Shown here piece by piece: positions 24,378 to 37,188 of a stretch of 64,000 bases of DNA. The stretch covers positions 16,926,001 through 16,990,000 of the forward strand of contig CM126222.1 in NCBI GenBank assembly GCA_052327205.1, read 5' to 3'. The notes under the pieces were generated by a model. That model ran no database searches. It was not told where the DNA came from and was given only the letters and a program-made list of their open reading frames with translations. The DNA comes from Somniosus microcephalus (Eukaryota). The position numbers and the translations under genes were made by a program. Each line of letters starts with the position of its first letter. Positions within the stretch are counted from its first letter, which is position 1.

Positions 24378-24899
24378 CACCCTACACACATCCAGGAAAA
24401 GGGCCAGAGCAACTACATAACTGCAGCCTGTGCACAACGAGACATGGAACTGCCAGCAAAAAAAAATCACACTAAAACAGTCCAACAGTGAGTGCGGCTG
24501 TGCCTTTAGACTGCACAAGTGAGGGTTCAGCCAGCAAAGACCCTTGAACCAACAGTAAGCTTAATGACAGAAGCTCACCTAAAATGCAAACCAATAGCCA
24601 AGAAATAATCATCTATTGCTGTGGGGTTTGGCGATGGTTGTAAAACATTGAAGGATTGTTAAAGGGAACCAGACACAGGAACTTGAACTGGTCAACTCAC
24701 ACACTTCCACTTACTGTGAAACCAACAGTCATTTCAGCCCTTTCCCACTTCACTGGCTACTCAGCAAACCAAATCCTCCTCTAGTCATCGGGCCTGGATG
24801 TTTGGAGCCTTGGGCACCGCCCTGAAGTCAACTAACCTCCATGGACTCCGGTTTTGATGAACAGACTGCCTATACTCTGTGGGCACACTGAGAAATCAA

Positions 24900-25232
24900 C
24901 AGCTGATCCAGTGAGCTATACAGACCAGGATAGTCTAGTGCTGAGCTAACTGGTGGCAGAAGGGGCACTGCAATTGGTCTCAGTGACCCTGAGCAATGAG
25001 GAAAAGATTAGCCTGGGTTCCTGCTCCTAACTGCGATCAAGCAAACCCTACCGAAGTGTGTATGCGCAGATGTTAGGCAAGGACAACGCCCTCAAGAAAT
25101 GACTCTGCTGCAATCACTGTCGAGGCTCACGTGAAGGGCCACATGGGCGAGACACTAAAGGGCACCCCACATTCATGGAACTATACTGCAGCAAAGAACT
25201 CATGCCTACAGCATGGGAGAAAATTAACAAGG
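24900..25232 (+). mobile_element. Ancient SINE-like family C copy
   Basis: GCTATACAGACCAGG...CAATTGGTCTCAG...TTAGCCTGGGTTCCTGCTCCT...GGCTCACGTGAAG...GGAGAAAATT; these motifs are shared with the other family-C copies. Confidence 0.55.
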
Positions 25233-25882
25233 GAAAAAAAAAAAATCGTGTGTCCAGGTTTAAACCACTTACACCTCTAATTCTGCACAGCCTAGCTAGA
25301 AGGGACTAGAAATTAACTGGTCCAGTCTAAACCCCGGCTACTTTTGTATGCAAATCAAATTGTATGCATGCAATTCCAATGTACCCTGAATACTTTTAAA
25401 GTGCATTCACCGAGTACTGTTTGGTCCTAAACTCCAACCTTCCACTCGCCCTACCCACTGCCCAACCGCCGCCCTCTCCGCCCACTGACCAAACTTCCGC
25501 CCTCTCTGCCCACTGACCAACCTTCCGCCCTCTCCGCCCACTGACCAACTGTTGTCTCTCAAGGGGTTTTATACCCTTACCTTTATAACAATTAAGGAGG
25601 ACTCCGGAGTGGTGTCTTTAGTTAACGGCCATTTTATTTATAATGTGCTTCTTCACTCAATGCACTACATTTCCCATAGTGCATTGCAAATCACCACTAC
25701 GGTATCCCCTGTGGACAATTCTAATACACATTCAAAATACACAACATATTTCCTCCCCCTTAAAATAGAATGTCCACAAAACAGAATAACTGAAAATGAC
25801 TATAACTTTGGAAGAGAGGGTAGACTGCCTCTACATTCCGCTAACCCTGGGGATTATTCTGCCCCATGCACACAGGTTAGCA

Positions 25883-28800
25883 CTAACTGTAACTAAGGCG
25901 CTCTGGAGGCTGCCTTTCTCTTTGGGGGGTAACGCCTAGTCTCAGGAGCTGGCTCTCCCGTGACCCTGCAGGCGTGGCTTCCTCCCTCGGTGGCACAAGA
26001 GTGGATGGTGCCACCGTCTCAGGGTCGAACGACCAGTCCCTGCTGGAGCCCCCAGCAGGTCCTTGATCCTCTGTTTCTTGGGTTACCTGTGGCGACTGTC
26101 TTGGCAGTAACTGGTCTACATGCCGTCTCCATGTTCGGTCGTCTCCGGTGCGGACTCGGTATGAAACGGGGCCCGTCTTTTGAATGACCGTAGCCGGGAC
26201 CCACCGCTCCAGGGTGGTGTAGTTACGTGCGAGGACTTTGCCCTCCACCACAAAGTGTCGTTCTTTGGACCGTTGAGTTCGTCTGCTGACTTGATCCTAC
26301 TGATTGGCATGCACCACTGCTTCTGTGGACGTTGGCCTCAGCGGGTCAAGGCGTGTCCGTAGCTGCCTTCCCATGAGTAGGTAAGCAGGAGATGCTCCAG
26401 TCATAGCATGAGGCGTGTTTCGGTATTTCAGCAAGAAAGCATTCAGGCGCTGCTTTAGAGGAGCATCACTTCTTGCCGCTTTCAACGCGTGTTTCAGCGT
26501 TCTGACAAATCTCTCCGCCAATCCATTCGTGGATGGATGATAAGGCGCGGAGAACGTGTGCTGGATTCCATTGCTCGAGGAACTCCTCCATCTCCTGGGA
26601 TGTGAACTGTGTTCCATTGTCGGTTACGATCTGCTCCGGCAGACCAAATCGCCCGAACATCTCTCTGAGTCTCGATGGTTTTCTCCGTAGTGGTAGTGGA
26701 CATTACTGCAACCTCCGGCCATTTGGAATGGGAGTCCACCGCGACCAGGAACATCGCTCCTTCCACTGGTCCCGCGAAGTCCAGATGGATCCGTTGCCAC
26801 TGTGTCGCCGGCCATTCCCATGGATGCAGTGGCGCTCCTCTTGGCGTATCCCTGGTTGTCTCGCATGATGGGCATGATTTCGCTTCAACTTCAATTTCAT
26901 GATCCAGACCGGGCCACCAGAAGTAGCTTCGTGCCAGCTCCTTCATCCGGACAATACCACAGTGTCCTGAGTGCAGCTCGTTGAGGACATGTTTCCGCAG
27001 CTTTGGTGGTATGATCACTCGCATGCCCCAAAGGAGGCATCCTGACGTGACAGACAACTCCTTCCCTCTTGACAGGTAAGGTAGGAGCTCAGGTGGTGCG
27101 TCTGACACCCGTGATCCGTCTCCTCGCATCACCCGATCCAGCACCTTGGATAGCGTAGGGTCCACTCTGGTCTCTTTCTTGACCTGCCGGGCCGTGACAG
27201 GGGCATTGCTCACCAATTCAAAGTAGAAAATCTTCTGCTCGCAGCCTTCGGAGGGCACAGGCAGCGGAAGTCTTGACAATCCGTCCGCATTGCCATGTGC
27301 TGCTGACCTCTGGTATTTGATGTTGTAATTGTGAGCGCTTAACATCAGGGTATTCCTGTGTGTGGACCAGAGATCGATGTCAGAGGACGATGATCCATCA
27401 GCAAGGTGAATTGCCTTCTGAACAAGTAGTGATGGAACTTTTTGATTCCAAAGATGATGCCCAAAGCCTCTTTTTCAATCTGCGGGTATTTCACCTCCGC
27501 CTTGCTCAGGGACCTTGACATGAATGCAATCGGCTTCTCTTCGCCTGAGGGAAAGATGTGGGACACGATCGCGCCGACGCCATAAGGCGACGCGTCACAG
27601 GCCAGCTGAATCTGCAACGACGGGTCAAAGTGCGTCAACACCCTGGGGTCAGTCAAAGCTGCTTTGGCTTTCTTGAATGCAGCTTCGCACTCCTTCGTCC
27701 ACGCCCAGGCCTTGCCCTGACACAGCAACTCATGCAATGGCTTCAAAAGTGATGCCAGCTGTGGAATAAACTTTCTGTAATAGTTCAGGAGACCTAAGAA
27801 TGACCGCAGCTGGCCGACATTTGTAGGTGCAGGAGCGTCAGCAATGGCTTTCGCTTTCGATGGTGCTGTGTGTAGGCCGTCCGCGTCGATGACATGGCCT
27901 AGGTACTCCACTGATGGCTTGAAAAATTCGCATTTGTCCTTGCGAACGCGTAAGCCATATTCTTCAAGTCTTCCCAGCGTCTTCGTCAGGTTCTGCAGAT
28001 GCTCGTTGTCGTCCTTTCCTGTGACAAGGATATCGTCGAGATAACATTGTACCCCTGGAATGCCGCTTAAGATCTGGTCCATAGCCCGCTGAAACAATGC
28101 TGGTGCTGACGTTATACCAAAGGGTAGGCGGCAGTACCTGTAGAGGCCCTTGTGGGTGGTGATGGTGAGGTACTTCTGTGAGTCCTCTTCTACATGCATC
28201 TGCAAGTAGGCTTGGCATAGATCAATCTTGCTAAACTTCTGACCGCCTGCTAGACCCGCGAAAAGATCTTCAATGATGGGGAGGGGGTACTGTTCAGCTG
28301 AGAGCACAGGATTCAGTGTTACTTTGAAATCTCCACATAAGCGAACCGCGCCGTCACTCTTCATCCCTGGTACCACGGGCGTGGCCCACTCACTGTGCGA
28401 AACCGGCACCAGGACCCCGATCTTGACCAGACGCTCCAGGTCAGCCTCCACCTTTGGTCTGAGGGCGTAGGGAACATTCCTGGCCTTCAGGAATCGTGGC
28501 TGGCTGTCAGGCTTCACCTTGAGTTTGACCGTCATCCCCTTCATACTCCCCAATTCTCCGTCAAAGACAGCCGCATGCTTTGTCAACACTGCCGCTAGCC
28601 CCGCCTCTTCGACTGACACCGCATTCACTTTTTTCCAATCCAGATGAATTTTCTCCAACCATGGCCTGCCCATCAGGGATGGATAGGCACCCTTGACCAC
28701 GTAAACTGGCAGCATCACGGTTTGTCCATTAAGCTCCACCTTGACCTCCGTCTTACCCAGCATTGGGACTGTTTCCCCAGTGTAGGTCTTTAAGATGAGC

Positions 28801-29100
28801 TTGGCCGGCGTCAGTGATAGGTGGTTCAGTTTTTCTTTGAATAGCTTCTCTGAAATCAAGTAGACAGCAGCCCCTGTATCCAGCTCCATTTTGACCGGTA
28901 TGCCCTCTAGTAGTGGAGTGACTCCATAGCCTGATGAGCCTCCATTCACCGTTAACACATGGAGATTCAGCTCCCCATCAGAGTCTGTGTCACTGTCTTC
29001 CTGTTCTTGTTTCACCATGTGTAGGTTTTTCTTTTTAGAACGCCAGTTGGATGTGTTTCCTTGTTTGTTTTTGTGTGTCTCTGTGTAGGATTGTTTGCTT
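25883..29100 (-). pseudogene. Gypsy pol (protease, RT, RNase H, integrase), broken into several frames
   Basis: LDTGAA (PR); YLDD (RT); LACDAS...EKEAL (RH); H..GH..C..C, DFAG, TDNG and GLAERF (IN). A conserved segment is missing at ~27345, and frameshifts occur near 26660, 26580 and 26300. Confidence 0.93.
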
Positions 29101-29788
29101 TGCCCTTTACACACACGGTCAATGTGTCCTTTCTTTTCACATTTCCGACAGGTCAGGTCTTTACACCAGCAGTCAGATGGCTGATGACCTGACCTTCCAC
29201 ATCTGTAACACTCTCTGGCGCATGTTTATCCGGTGTAGCTGCTACCCTGTGCACTCTTGTTGCAGCCCCCAACAGCTGTGCATCTTTAGCTGCTAACTCC
29301 ATAGACACAGCGAGCTCCACTGCTGATTTAAGCGTCAGTTTGTCAGTCGTGAGCAAGTGCTTCTGTGTTGCTTCACATCTTAATCCACACACAAACCTAT
29401 CACGGACAGTGTCATTTAGAGTTTCACCAAACTCACAATGCTCAGTTAGCTTCTTTAGCACTGCAACATATTCGGCTGTGGACTCACCCTCCCCTTGGTT
29501 TCGTTTGTGAAACCTGGACCTCTCGGCAATCAGCAGCGGCTTGGGTGCGAAATGTGTTTCCAATACTTCCACAATCTGATCATATGTCTTAGCGCCGGGC
29601 TTATCCGGGTGCATCAAACTCCGTAACAAGCCAAATGTTTTTGCTCTGATCACACTGAGGAACGTCGCCACTTTCACGTCATCTTTAATGCCATTTGCAG
29701 TCACGAAAATTCCGAAACGCTCTGTATAAGCACTCCATTGCTCCGCCGTTTCATCAAATGGTCCAAACGCTCCGGTTAGCATAGCCAT
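29100..29788 (-). pseudogene. Gypsy gag with two CCHC knuckles (frameshift near 29215)
   Basis: MAMLTGAFGPFDETAEQWSAYTERF...HCEFGETLNDTVRDRFVCGL, then in a shifted frame CYRCGRSGHQPSDC and CRKCEKKGHIDRVC. Confidence 0.9.
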
Positions 29789-30247
29789 TTTGTTATTTTT
29801 TTTTTTTTCTTTACAATCCTTTTCCTCCACTTTTTTAAAATTATTTTTACAGTCCTTTTCCTCCACTTCGTTTCACTGTATCGTTACTCTCCCCTTCTTA
29901 TTTGTGTAACACACGAACCGCCACCTTTACGAGGCGATTGCATCAGCACTAAACTGCGGGCGCCATTAAGAAAAGACAGGAACTTCTTACTTTAAACATC
30001 GCCGATTCCAGTGCAAAGTGATGCGCAAGTCCGTCGTCCTCGTCGCCAGTTTTGTTGTGTCTCAAGGGGCTTTATACCCTTACCTATATAACAATTAAGG
30101 AGGACTCCGGGGTGGTGTGTTTAGTTAACGGCCATTTTATTTACAATGTGCTTCTTCACTCAATGCACATTTCCCATAGTGCATTGCAAATCACCACTAC
30201 GGTATCCCCTGTGGGACAATTCTAATACACATTCAAAATACACAACA

Positions 30248-31040
30248 CCAACCTTCCGCCCTCTCCACCCACTGACCAATCTCCAACCTTCCGCCCTCTC
30301 CACCCACTGACCAACCCTCCGCCCTCTCCACCCACTGACCAATCTCCAACCTTCCGCCCTCTCCACCCACTGACCAATCTCCAACCTTCCGCCCTCTCCA
30401 CCCACTGACCAACCCTCCGCCCTCTCCACCCACTGACCAACCTTCCGCCCTCTCCACCCACTGACCAACCTTCCGCCCTCGCCACCCACTGACCAACCTT
30501 CCGCCCTCTCCACCCACTGACCAACCTTCCGCCCTCTCCACCCACTGACCAACCTTCCGCCCTCGCCACCCACTGACCAACCTTCCGCCCTCTCCACCCA
30601 CTGACCAATCTCCAACCTTCCGCCCTCTCCACCCACTGACCAATCTCCAACCTTCCGCCCTCTCCACCCACTGACCAATCTCCGCCCTCTCCACCCACTG
30701 ACCAACCTTCCGCCCTCTCCACCCACTGACCAACCTTCCGCCCTCTCCACCCACTGACCAATCTCCGCCCTCTCCACCCACTGACCAATCTCCAACCTTC
30801 CGCCCTCTCCACCCACTGACCAATCTCCGCCCTCTCCACCCACTGACCAACCTTCCGCCCTCTCCACCCACTGACCAACCTTCCGCCCTCTCCACCCACT
30901 GACCAACCTTCCGCCCTCTCCACCCACTGACCAACCTTCCGCCCTCTCCACCCACTGACCAACCTTCCGCCCCTCTCCACCCACTGACCAACCTTCCATC
31001 TCTCCACCCACTGGCTAATCTCCAACCTTCCGCCCTCTAG
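30248..31040. repeat. 27/28/35-bp minisatellite (CCTTCCGCCCTCTCCACCCACTGACCAA), with remnants at 25440-25549 and 32070-32212
   Basis: About 26 tandem units; the same unit flanks the other side of the Gypsy element and of the CR1 at 31041. Confidence 0.95.
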
Positions 31041-32066
31041 CATGGATTGAGGATTGGTTAACGGACAGAAAGCAGTGTATGAATAAACTGGTCATTTTCA
31101 AGTTGGCAGGCTGTAAACTAGTGACGTACCGCAAGGATCAGTGCTTGGGCCTCAGCTATTCACAATCTGTATCAATGATTTGGATGAGGGGACCAAATAT
31201 AATATATCCAAGTTTGCTGATGATACAAAGCTGGGTGGGAATGTAAGTTGTGAGGAGGATGCAAGGAGGCTTCAAGGGGATATAGACAGGCTAAGTGAGT
31301 GAGCAAGAACATGGCGAAATGTGAAGTTATCCACTTTGGTAGGAAAAATAGAAAAGCCGATATTGGGACATGTTGGTGTTCAGAGGGGCCTGGTTGTACT
31401 TGTACACAAATTACAAAGTTAACATGCAGGTACAGCAAGCAATTAAGAAAGCAAGTGGTATGTTGGCCTTTATTACAAGAGGATTTGAGTACAAGAGTAA
31501 AGATGTCTTACTCCACACCTGGAGTATTGTGTACAGTTTTGGTCTCACCTAAGGAAAGATATACTTGTCATAGAGGGAGTGCAGCGAAGGTTCACCAGAC
31601 TGGTTCCTGGATTGGGGGGATTGTCCTGAGGAGAGATTGAGTAGACTAGGCCTATATTCTCTAGAGTTTAGAAGAATGAGAGGTGATCTCATTGAAACAT
31701 ATAAAATTCTTACGGGGCTTGACAGGGTTAATGCTGGAAAAATGTTCCCCCTGGCTGGGGAATCTAGAACCAGGGGTCACAGTCTCAGAATAAGGGGTCG
31801 GCCATTTAGGACTGAGATGAGGAGAAATTTCTTCACTCAAAGGGTTTTGAATCTTTGGAATTCTCTAGCCCAGAGAGCTGTGGAGGCTCAGTCGTTGAGT
31901 ATATTCAAGACAAAGAGCGATAGATTTTTGGATATTAAGAGAATCAAGAGATATGGAGCTAGTGCAGGAGGGTGGAGTTGAGGTAAAAGATCAGTCATGT
32001 TCTTATTGAATGGCGGAGCAGGTTCGAGGGGCCGAATGGCCTACTCCTGCTCCTATTTATGTTCTT
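31041..32066 (+). mobile_element. CR1 3' fragment nested in the minisatellite
   Basis: [10 protein letters not shown]...RLGLYSLEFRRMRGDLIETYKIL...RRNFFTQRV; 3' UTR GGCCGAATGGCCTACTCCTGCTCC. Confidence 0.9.
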
Positions 32067-32399
32067 TCTACCTACTGCCCAATCGCCAACCTTCCACCCA
32101 CTGCCCAATCACCAACCATCCACCCTCTCCACCCACTGCCCAATCTCCAACCTTCCACCCACTGCCCAATCTCCAACCATCCACCCTCTCAAACATCCTG
32201 CCCAATCTACAACCTACTTGCTTTCTGAAGTGCGTGCCTCAACTCTGCTCTCATCGCTCCATGTTCCTAGCCCTTCTATTAGGCTTCCACCCAGTCACAA
32301 CATCAAGAATGCACCAGTCACAACATCAAGAATGCACCAATCAATGTCGCCAATTACACTTTGTGACTGAATCAGCATCTCTCCTCAACTTCTCCACAC

Positions 32400-33275
32400 T
32401 GTAAACCACTGCATTCACAGTGAACATTTCTCCTCTGTAGTCCACCTCCACCACACTGCTCTCGTCTGGCGCTACTCCTACTTGTCGCACTGCAGACATT
32501 ACATTACTTCCAATAGCTTCTCCACCTGTGCCACACTTTACCTCTCTGTTGCCTCAGGACTCCATTCTTGGCCCTCGCCTCCATCATCATTTATATGTTG
32601 TCTTCTGTAATGTTATACTGGGTCAGCTTATGCTGATGACATTCAGCTCTACATCAGCACCTCCTCCATCGACCGACTGTTGTTGCCACCATCTCCAACT
32701 GCGATTTGATATCAAGACCAGGAGGAGCTAAAACTTACTTCAGCAAACCTGAAGCAATTTCTTGGCTCCTACAAACACCTATGTGCCTCCTGTCTCGACT
32801 CCATCCACCTCCGCGACTGTCACCTTAGGCTAAGTCTGAAGGTGTGGAACCCGGTTATGGTGCTCGACCGCGAGTTCTGCTTCTACCACCACATCCTTTC
32901 ACTCATCGAGACTGCATGCTTTCACTTCCCTAAACTCACCCTCAACTGCTCCTGTACCAAAACCCTAATCCTATGCTTTCAGTAGCTCAGGGCTGGGATT
33001 CTGCAACACTCTCCATGCTAGCTTCCCTATTTCCTTCAGCCATAAACTGCAATTCATTCAGAATGCTGCAGCCTATGGCCCTCACACACAACTCATCACC
33101 CTGGTACTTGTCGAGCTTCACTGGCTTCCTGTGTCCCAAAGATCAAACAAGATTTCCGTCCTCGCCTTCAAGTCCTACCATGGCCTTGCCCCTCTCTATG
33201 TGACCTCCTCCAGCTCCATGGCCCTGTACGCACCAACTGGTCCTCCAGCCTATTTCTTGCTCCCCACTCAACTAC
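32400..33275 (+). mobile_element. Old L2 RT/3' fragment
   Basis: Degenerate PQDSILGP, YADDIQLY and FKSYHGLAPLY motifs. Confidence 0.65.
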
Positions 33276-33296
33276 TGGCTGTAAAAAGAAAAAAAC

Positions 33297-33724
33297 AAAG
33301 ACTTGCCTTTATATAGCGCGTCTCATGACCTTGGGACGTCCCACAGCCAATGAAGTACTTCTGAAACAGTCGTAATGTGGGAAACGTGACAGTCAATTTG
33401 CGCACAGCAAGGTCCCACGAACAGTAATGAGATAATGACCAGATAATCTGTTTTAGTGGTGTTGATTGAGGTATAAATATTGGCCAGGACACCTGGGCGA
33501 TCTCCCCTGTTCTTCATCGAAATAGTGCCATGGGATCTTTTACGTCCACCCGAGAGCAGATGGGGCCTCGGTTTAACGTCTCATCCAAAAGATGGCATCG
33601 CCAACTGTACAGCACTCCCTCAGCACTGCACTGGAGTGTCAGTCTAGTTTTTTTTTTGCTCAAGTCTCTGGAGTGGGACTTGAACCCACAACCTTCTGGA
33701 CTCAGGCAAGAGTGCTACCCACAG
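33297..33724 (-). mobile_element. Deu-SINE (SacSINE1-like)
   Basis: Reverse-complement match to 421-948, including the B-box (GGACTTGAACC on the + strand). Confidence 0.87.
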
Positions 33725-33988
33725 CTGTCCCTACTCAAGCCCTCGAAACTCCTCCCTCAGAATCTCTGCCTTACCACTCCCTTCTGACTTTCAAAAGCCT
33801 CGTAAGATGCCCCCATTGTTGGTCATGACTCCTGACCTTCTCTTTCCACATCCGTTTGGTGTCCACTTGCTATCCGTTGCCTTGTAAACTTCTGAGGAGC
33901 CTCCCTATGTAAGGAGCACTAGAGAAGTGCAAATTGTTGATCCATTTAACCACAGTGTCCAGGAGCACTCCTGACATTTTTCAACGTA

Positions 33989-34321
33989 CAGGAAACTTTG
34001 GTTTATCCGGAGGTTAACTGTCCGGAATGCTCAATCCACCTGCAAAATTCAGGAGTCGGTTCAGTTAAGTTTTTTTCTTTTCGTTGCTTTTTTTCTTCCA
34101 CCAGTCAGGCTCTGCAAGGTCTAGCTAAAGCTGTTGCTTAGCTACAGACACGCTTGCAAGCTACAGCCGACTGTTTAGAAGCTGTAAGCAACAGGGTTTG
34201 TTGCTAGATACGGAGCTCAAAAGCTTCCGTATGTTTTAACATTAGCTTTGGTTTGTCCGGCAGTTTTAACGGGACGGCAACAGCTCGGTCCCGTCGGTGC
34301 CGGATATCACAAAGTTTCCTG
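33989..34321. mobile_element. Tc1/mariner (Tigger/pogo-like) MITE
   Basis: TA|CAGGAAACTTTGG...ATCCGG and CCGGAT...CAAAGTTTCCTG|TA give TIRs with a TA target duplication; related copies at 55112 and 60282. Confidence 0.8.
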
Positions 34322-34349
34322 TACTTGCAACAGGAAAGGCCTCACACAT

Positions 34350-34700
34350 ACATCACAGAAATCACAGAAACCTCTCAGTGCAGATAGAGGCCATTTCAGC
34401 CCATCGAGCCTGCACCGACACATATCCCACCCGATCCCCGTAACCCCTACACCAACACATATCCCACCCTATCCCCGTAACCCCACGTATTTAATCCCCC
34501 TAACACTAAGGGTCAATTTATCATAGCCAATCAACCTAACCCGCACATCTTTGGACTGTGGGAGGAAACCGGAGCACCCGGAGGAAACCCACGCAAACAC
34601 GGGGAGAATGTGCAAACTCCACACAGTCACCCGAGGCCGGATTCGAACCCGGGTCCCTGGCGCTGTGAGGCAACAGTGCTAACCACTATGCCACCGTGCT
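34350..34700 (-). mobile_element. HE1-type V-SINE
   Basis: tRNA head (GCACGGTGGCATAGTGGTTAGCAC...GGTTCGAATCC), V-domain (GTGTGGAGTTTGCACATTCTCCCCGTGTTTGCGTGGGTTTCCTCCGGGTGCTCCGGTTTCCTCCCAC) and CR1/HER1-like tail (GATGGGCTGAAATGGCCTC...TTTCTGTGA). Confidence 0.9.
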
Positions 34701-35277
34701 TGAGGAGTTTTGTCTTTTGGCTTCTCTTCACCTGGTTGCTGCTAAAGGTTGTCTCAAGAGTGAAGACACAGGAAGTGTGCAAAATGTCTGCACTGCTTTG
34801 CTTTGATTTGCCGATTTGCTGCAGTGTCGGGTGCATGGAACTTAAACTGGTGGGGTCAGATCAGTCCGGGCATGTGGAGCTTTCGTTTATCTGAATGGAA
34901 GACTAAAACCTTTCGGGGGTGGGGTGTGAGGGGAAAGAAAAAGTAGAGAAGCAGGGGAACGATGGAACAAAATATAAAATTTCAAAACTGCTTTGGAAGG
35001 GAGCGCCTAACCCTGCTGACATAGGCATAGGTAGAAAAACAAACTGCTAAAGGTTATTTCCTGAAATTAACACTTGATTGGCCAAATTAGCGATTAATTT
35101 GGATGCAGATTAAACAGATTATAAACCCAGTTTCATTCAATGAGTCAAATCCTTGATGCTTCACCAGTAACTGGAAATAATCCAGCCACAATGACATTTA
35201 AAGTGCCGAATCAGGCAGCAGGTCCCCACAGAAATGGAAGGAACATAGCATGCAATGCCTGGGTTATGAGTGAATAT

Positions 35278-35880
35278 AAGAAATAGGAGCAGGAGTAGGC
35301 CATTCGGCCCCTCGAGCCTGCTCCACCATTCAATAGGAACATGTCTGATCTTCTACCTCAATTCCACTTTCCCGCCGTAGCCCCATAGCCCTTGATCCCC
35401 CTAGAGTCCAAAAATCTGGCCATGGGTTGCAACATGATCATAGAACCGTAGAGCACGGAAGGAGACCATTCGGCCCATCGTGCCTGTGCTGGCTCTGAGT
35501 TACCAATTAGCCGCACTCCCCTGCTCTTTCCCCATAGCCCTGCAATTTTTCTTTTTCAAGTATATATCCAATTCCCTTTAGAAAGTTACTAATGAATCTG
35601 CTTCCACCGCCCTTTCAGGTGGCGCGTTCCAGATCACAACTCGCAGCGTAAAAAAATTCTCATCTCCCCATGGCTTTTTTGTCAATTACCTCAAATCTGT
35701 GTCCTCTGGTTACCGACCCTCCTGCCAGTGGAAACATTTCTCCCTATTTAATCTATCAAAACCCCTGATAATTTTGAAAACCTCTATTAACTCTCCCCTT
35801 AACCGGCTCTGTTCTAAGGAGAACAATCCCAGCTTCTCTAATCTCTCCACATAACTGAAACCACTCAGCCCTGGTCCCTG
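35278..35880 (-). mobile_element. Two adjacent CR1 3' fragments
   Basis: CR1 3' UTR at 35278-35420; a second copy at 35440-35880 with ERLEKLGLFSLEQSRLRGELIEVFKI. Confidence 0.82.
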
Positions 35881-36737
35881 ATATGAGATAGCAAAGATCA
35901 AGATGGGTTGTAGAGAAATTTTAACAGGTGCAGTCGTGATGTTACTGGACTAGTAACCGGTGGGCTGGTCTAATAATCTGGAGAATGCAAGTTCAAATCC
36001 CACGGTTGCTGGCCAGGGAGTCACTGCCTGTGACAGTCCGCACTAATGACCAGGACCCACTTGCTTTAAGCTCATGCGGCGATATTAGGACTGTGAAGCC
36101 TATTTATCACACGGCACCACAGGGTGTCACAACCATGAACACTCTACAAACCATTACCTATCTGTGTGCAAACCGAATTTCAGCCTAATGCAATCTGAAT
36201 GGTGTTCCTCTCCAGTGAATGTCTTACAGAATAAGTAGCTCTGCAATTAGAACTTCATAGCAGACATTGTGGGCTGCAAAGCCCAGCGGGCCAATCAAAG
36301 CTTCCACTGGCTCTGATCAAACTATTAAAGGAGAATATCTCAATACAGCCAGAACCCAGCCCATTGCCTCTGCAGTGTTTGACATCAGTGGATCCGAACT
36401 CCGTTATACGTGGACACAGGCACTGATTGTTTTTTTTATAAACAGGAGAAGTTTACTGTCCTTGGTGGATGTTACAGCTACATCTGCATTATAAAGGTAG
36501 ACTAATGCAGAAGGACAGATGTCTCAGCTGATGACAGGCCTTCACTGACCTGCTGAAATGATAGCAACTGAAACAGACTGCGTGAAAGTAGCAGCGGCAG
36601 GTTTTCTACAGATATTAAACTAAAAGATGCATGCCAAGACAGAAAGTTGTCAACCTTCCGCTGAAAATGCAAAACCCATGAGTGCGTCTGTGACAGAGTG
36701 CATGGTATAAATAGGACTGCTATAAACAGTATCACCA

Positions 36738-36973
36738 CAAGTGTACACAGAACTGGGTTGTCCCATGCAAACAACATCAGTGTACACAGAACAAACTGGA
36801 CTGCCCTGTGCAAACAACAGTGTACACAGAACGAACTGGACTGCCCTGTGCAAACAACATCAGTGTACACAGAACGAACTGGACTGCCCTGTGCAAACAA
36901 CATCAGTGTACACAGAACAAACTGGACTGCCCTGTGCAAACAACATCAGTGTACACAGAACGAACTGGACTGT
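36738..36973. repeat. 43-bp minisatellite (CAGTGTACACAGAACGAACTGGACTGCCCTGTGCAAACAACAT) x~5.5
   Basis: Direct tandem units. Confidence 0.92.
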
Positions 36974-37009
36974 CCAGCTCATTCTAGGGCACAGTTCCAC
37001 ACGTGCCTA

Positions 37010-37152
37010 AGGCTTGGGCTGATAAGTGGCAGGTAACATTCGTGCCACACAAGTGCCAGGCAATGACTATCTCCAACAAGCAAGGGTCTAACCACTGCCC
37101 CTTGACATTCAACAGCATTACCATCGCCGAATACCCCACCATCAACAACTTT

Positions 37153-37188
<36 letters not shown>

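Larger units (their letters stand above)
25550..30247 (-). mobile_element. Full-length Ty3/Gypsy LTR retrotransposon (Mag clade), inactivated by frameshifts and small deletions
   Basis: LTRs at 30053-30247 and 25550-25746 (TGT...ACA); PBS TGGCGACGAGGA (tRNA-Ser); PPT AAGGGGGAGGAAA; TSD CCAAC on both sides (25545-25549 and 30248-30252); gag-PR-RT-RH-IN order. Confidence 0.96.

Noticed and set aside
30160-31043. Three overlapping 250-280-aa ORFs
   Set aside because: They are translations of a stop-free minisatellite.
37155-37188. Long poly-G run inside a LINE (similar runs at ~6405 and ~58490)
   Set aside because: Expansion of a short G-run present in sibling copies, or a homopolymer sequencing error; no further structure.
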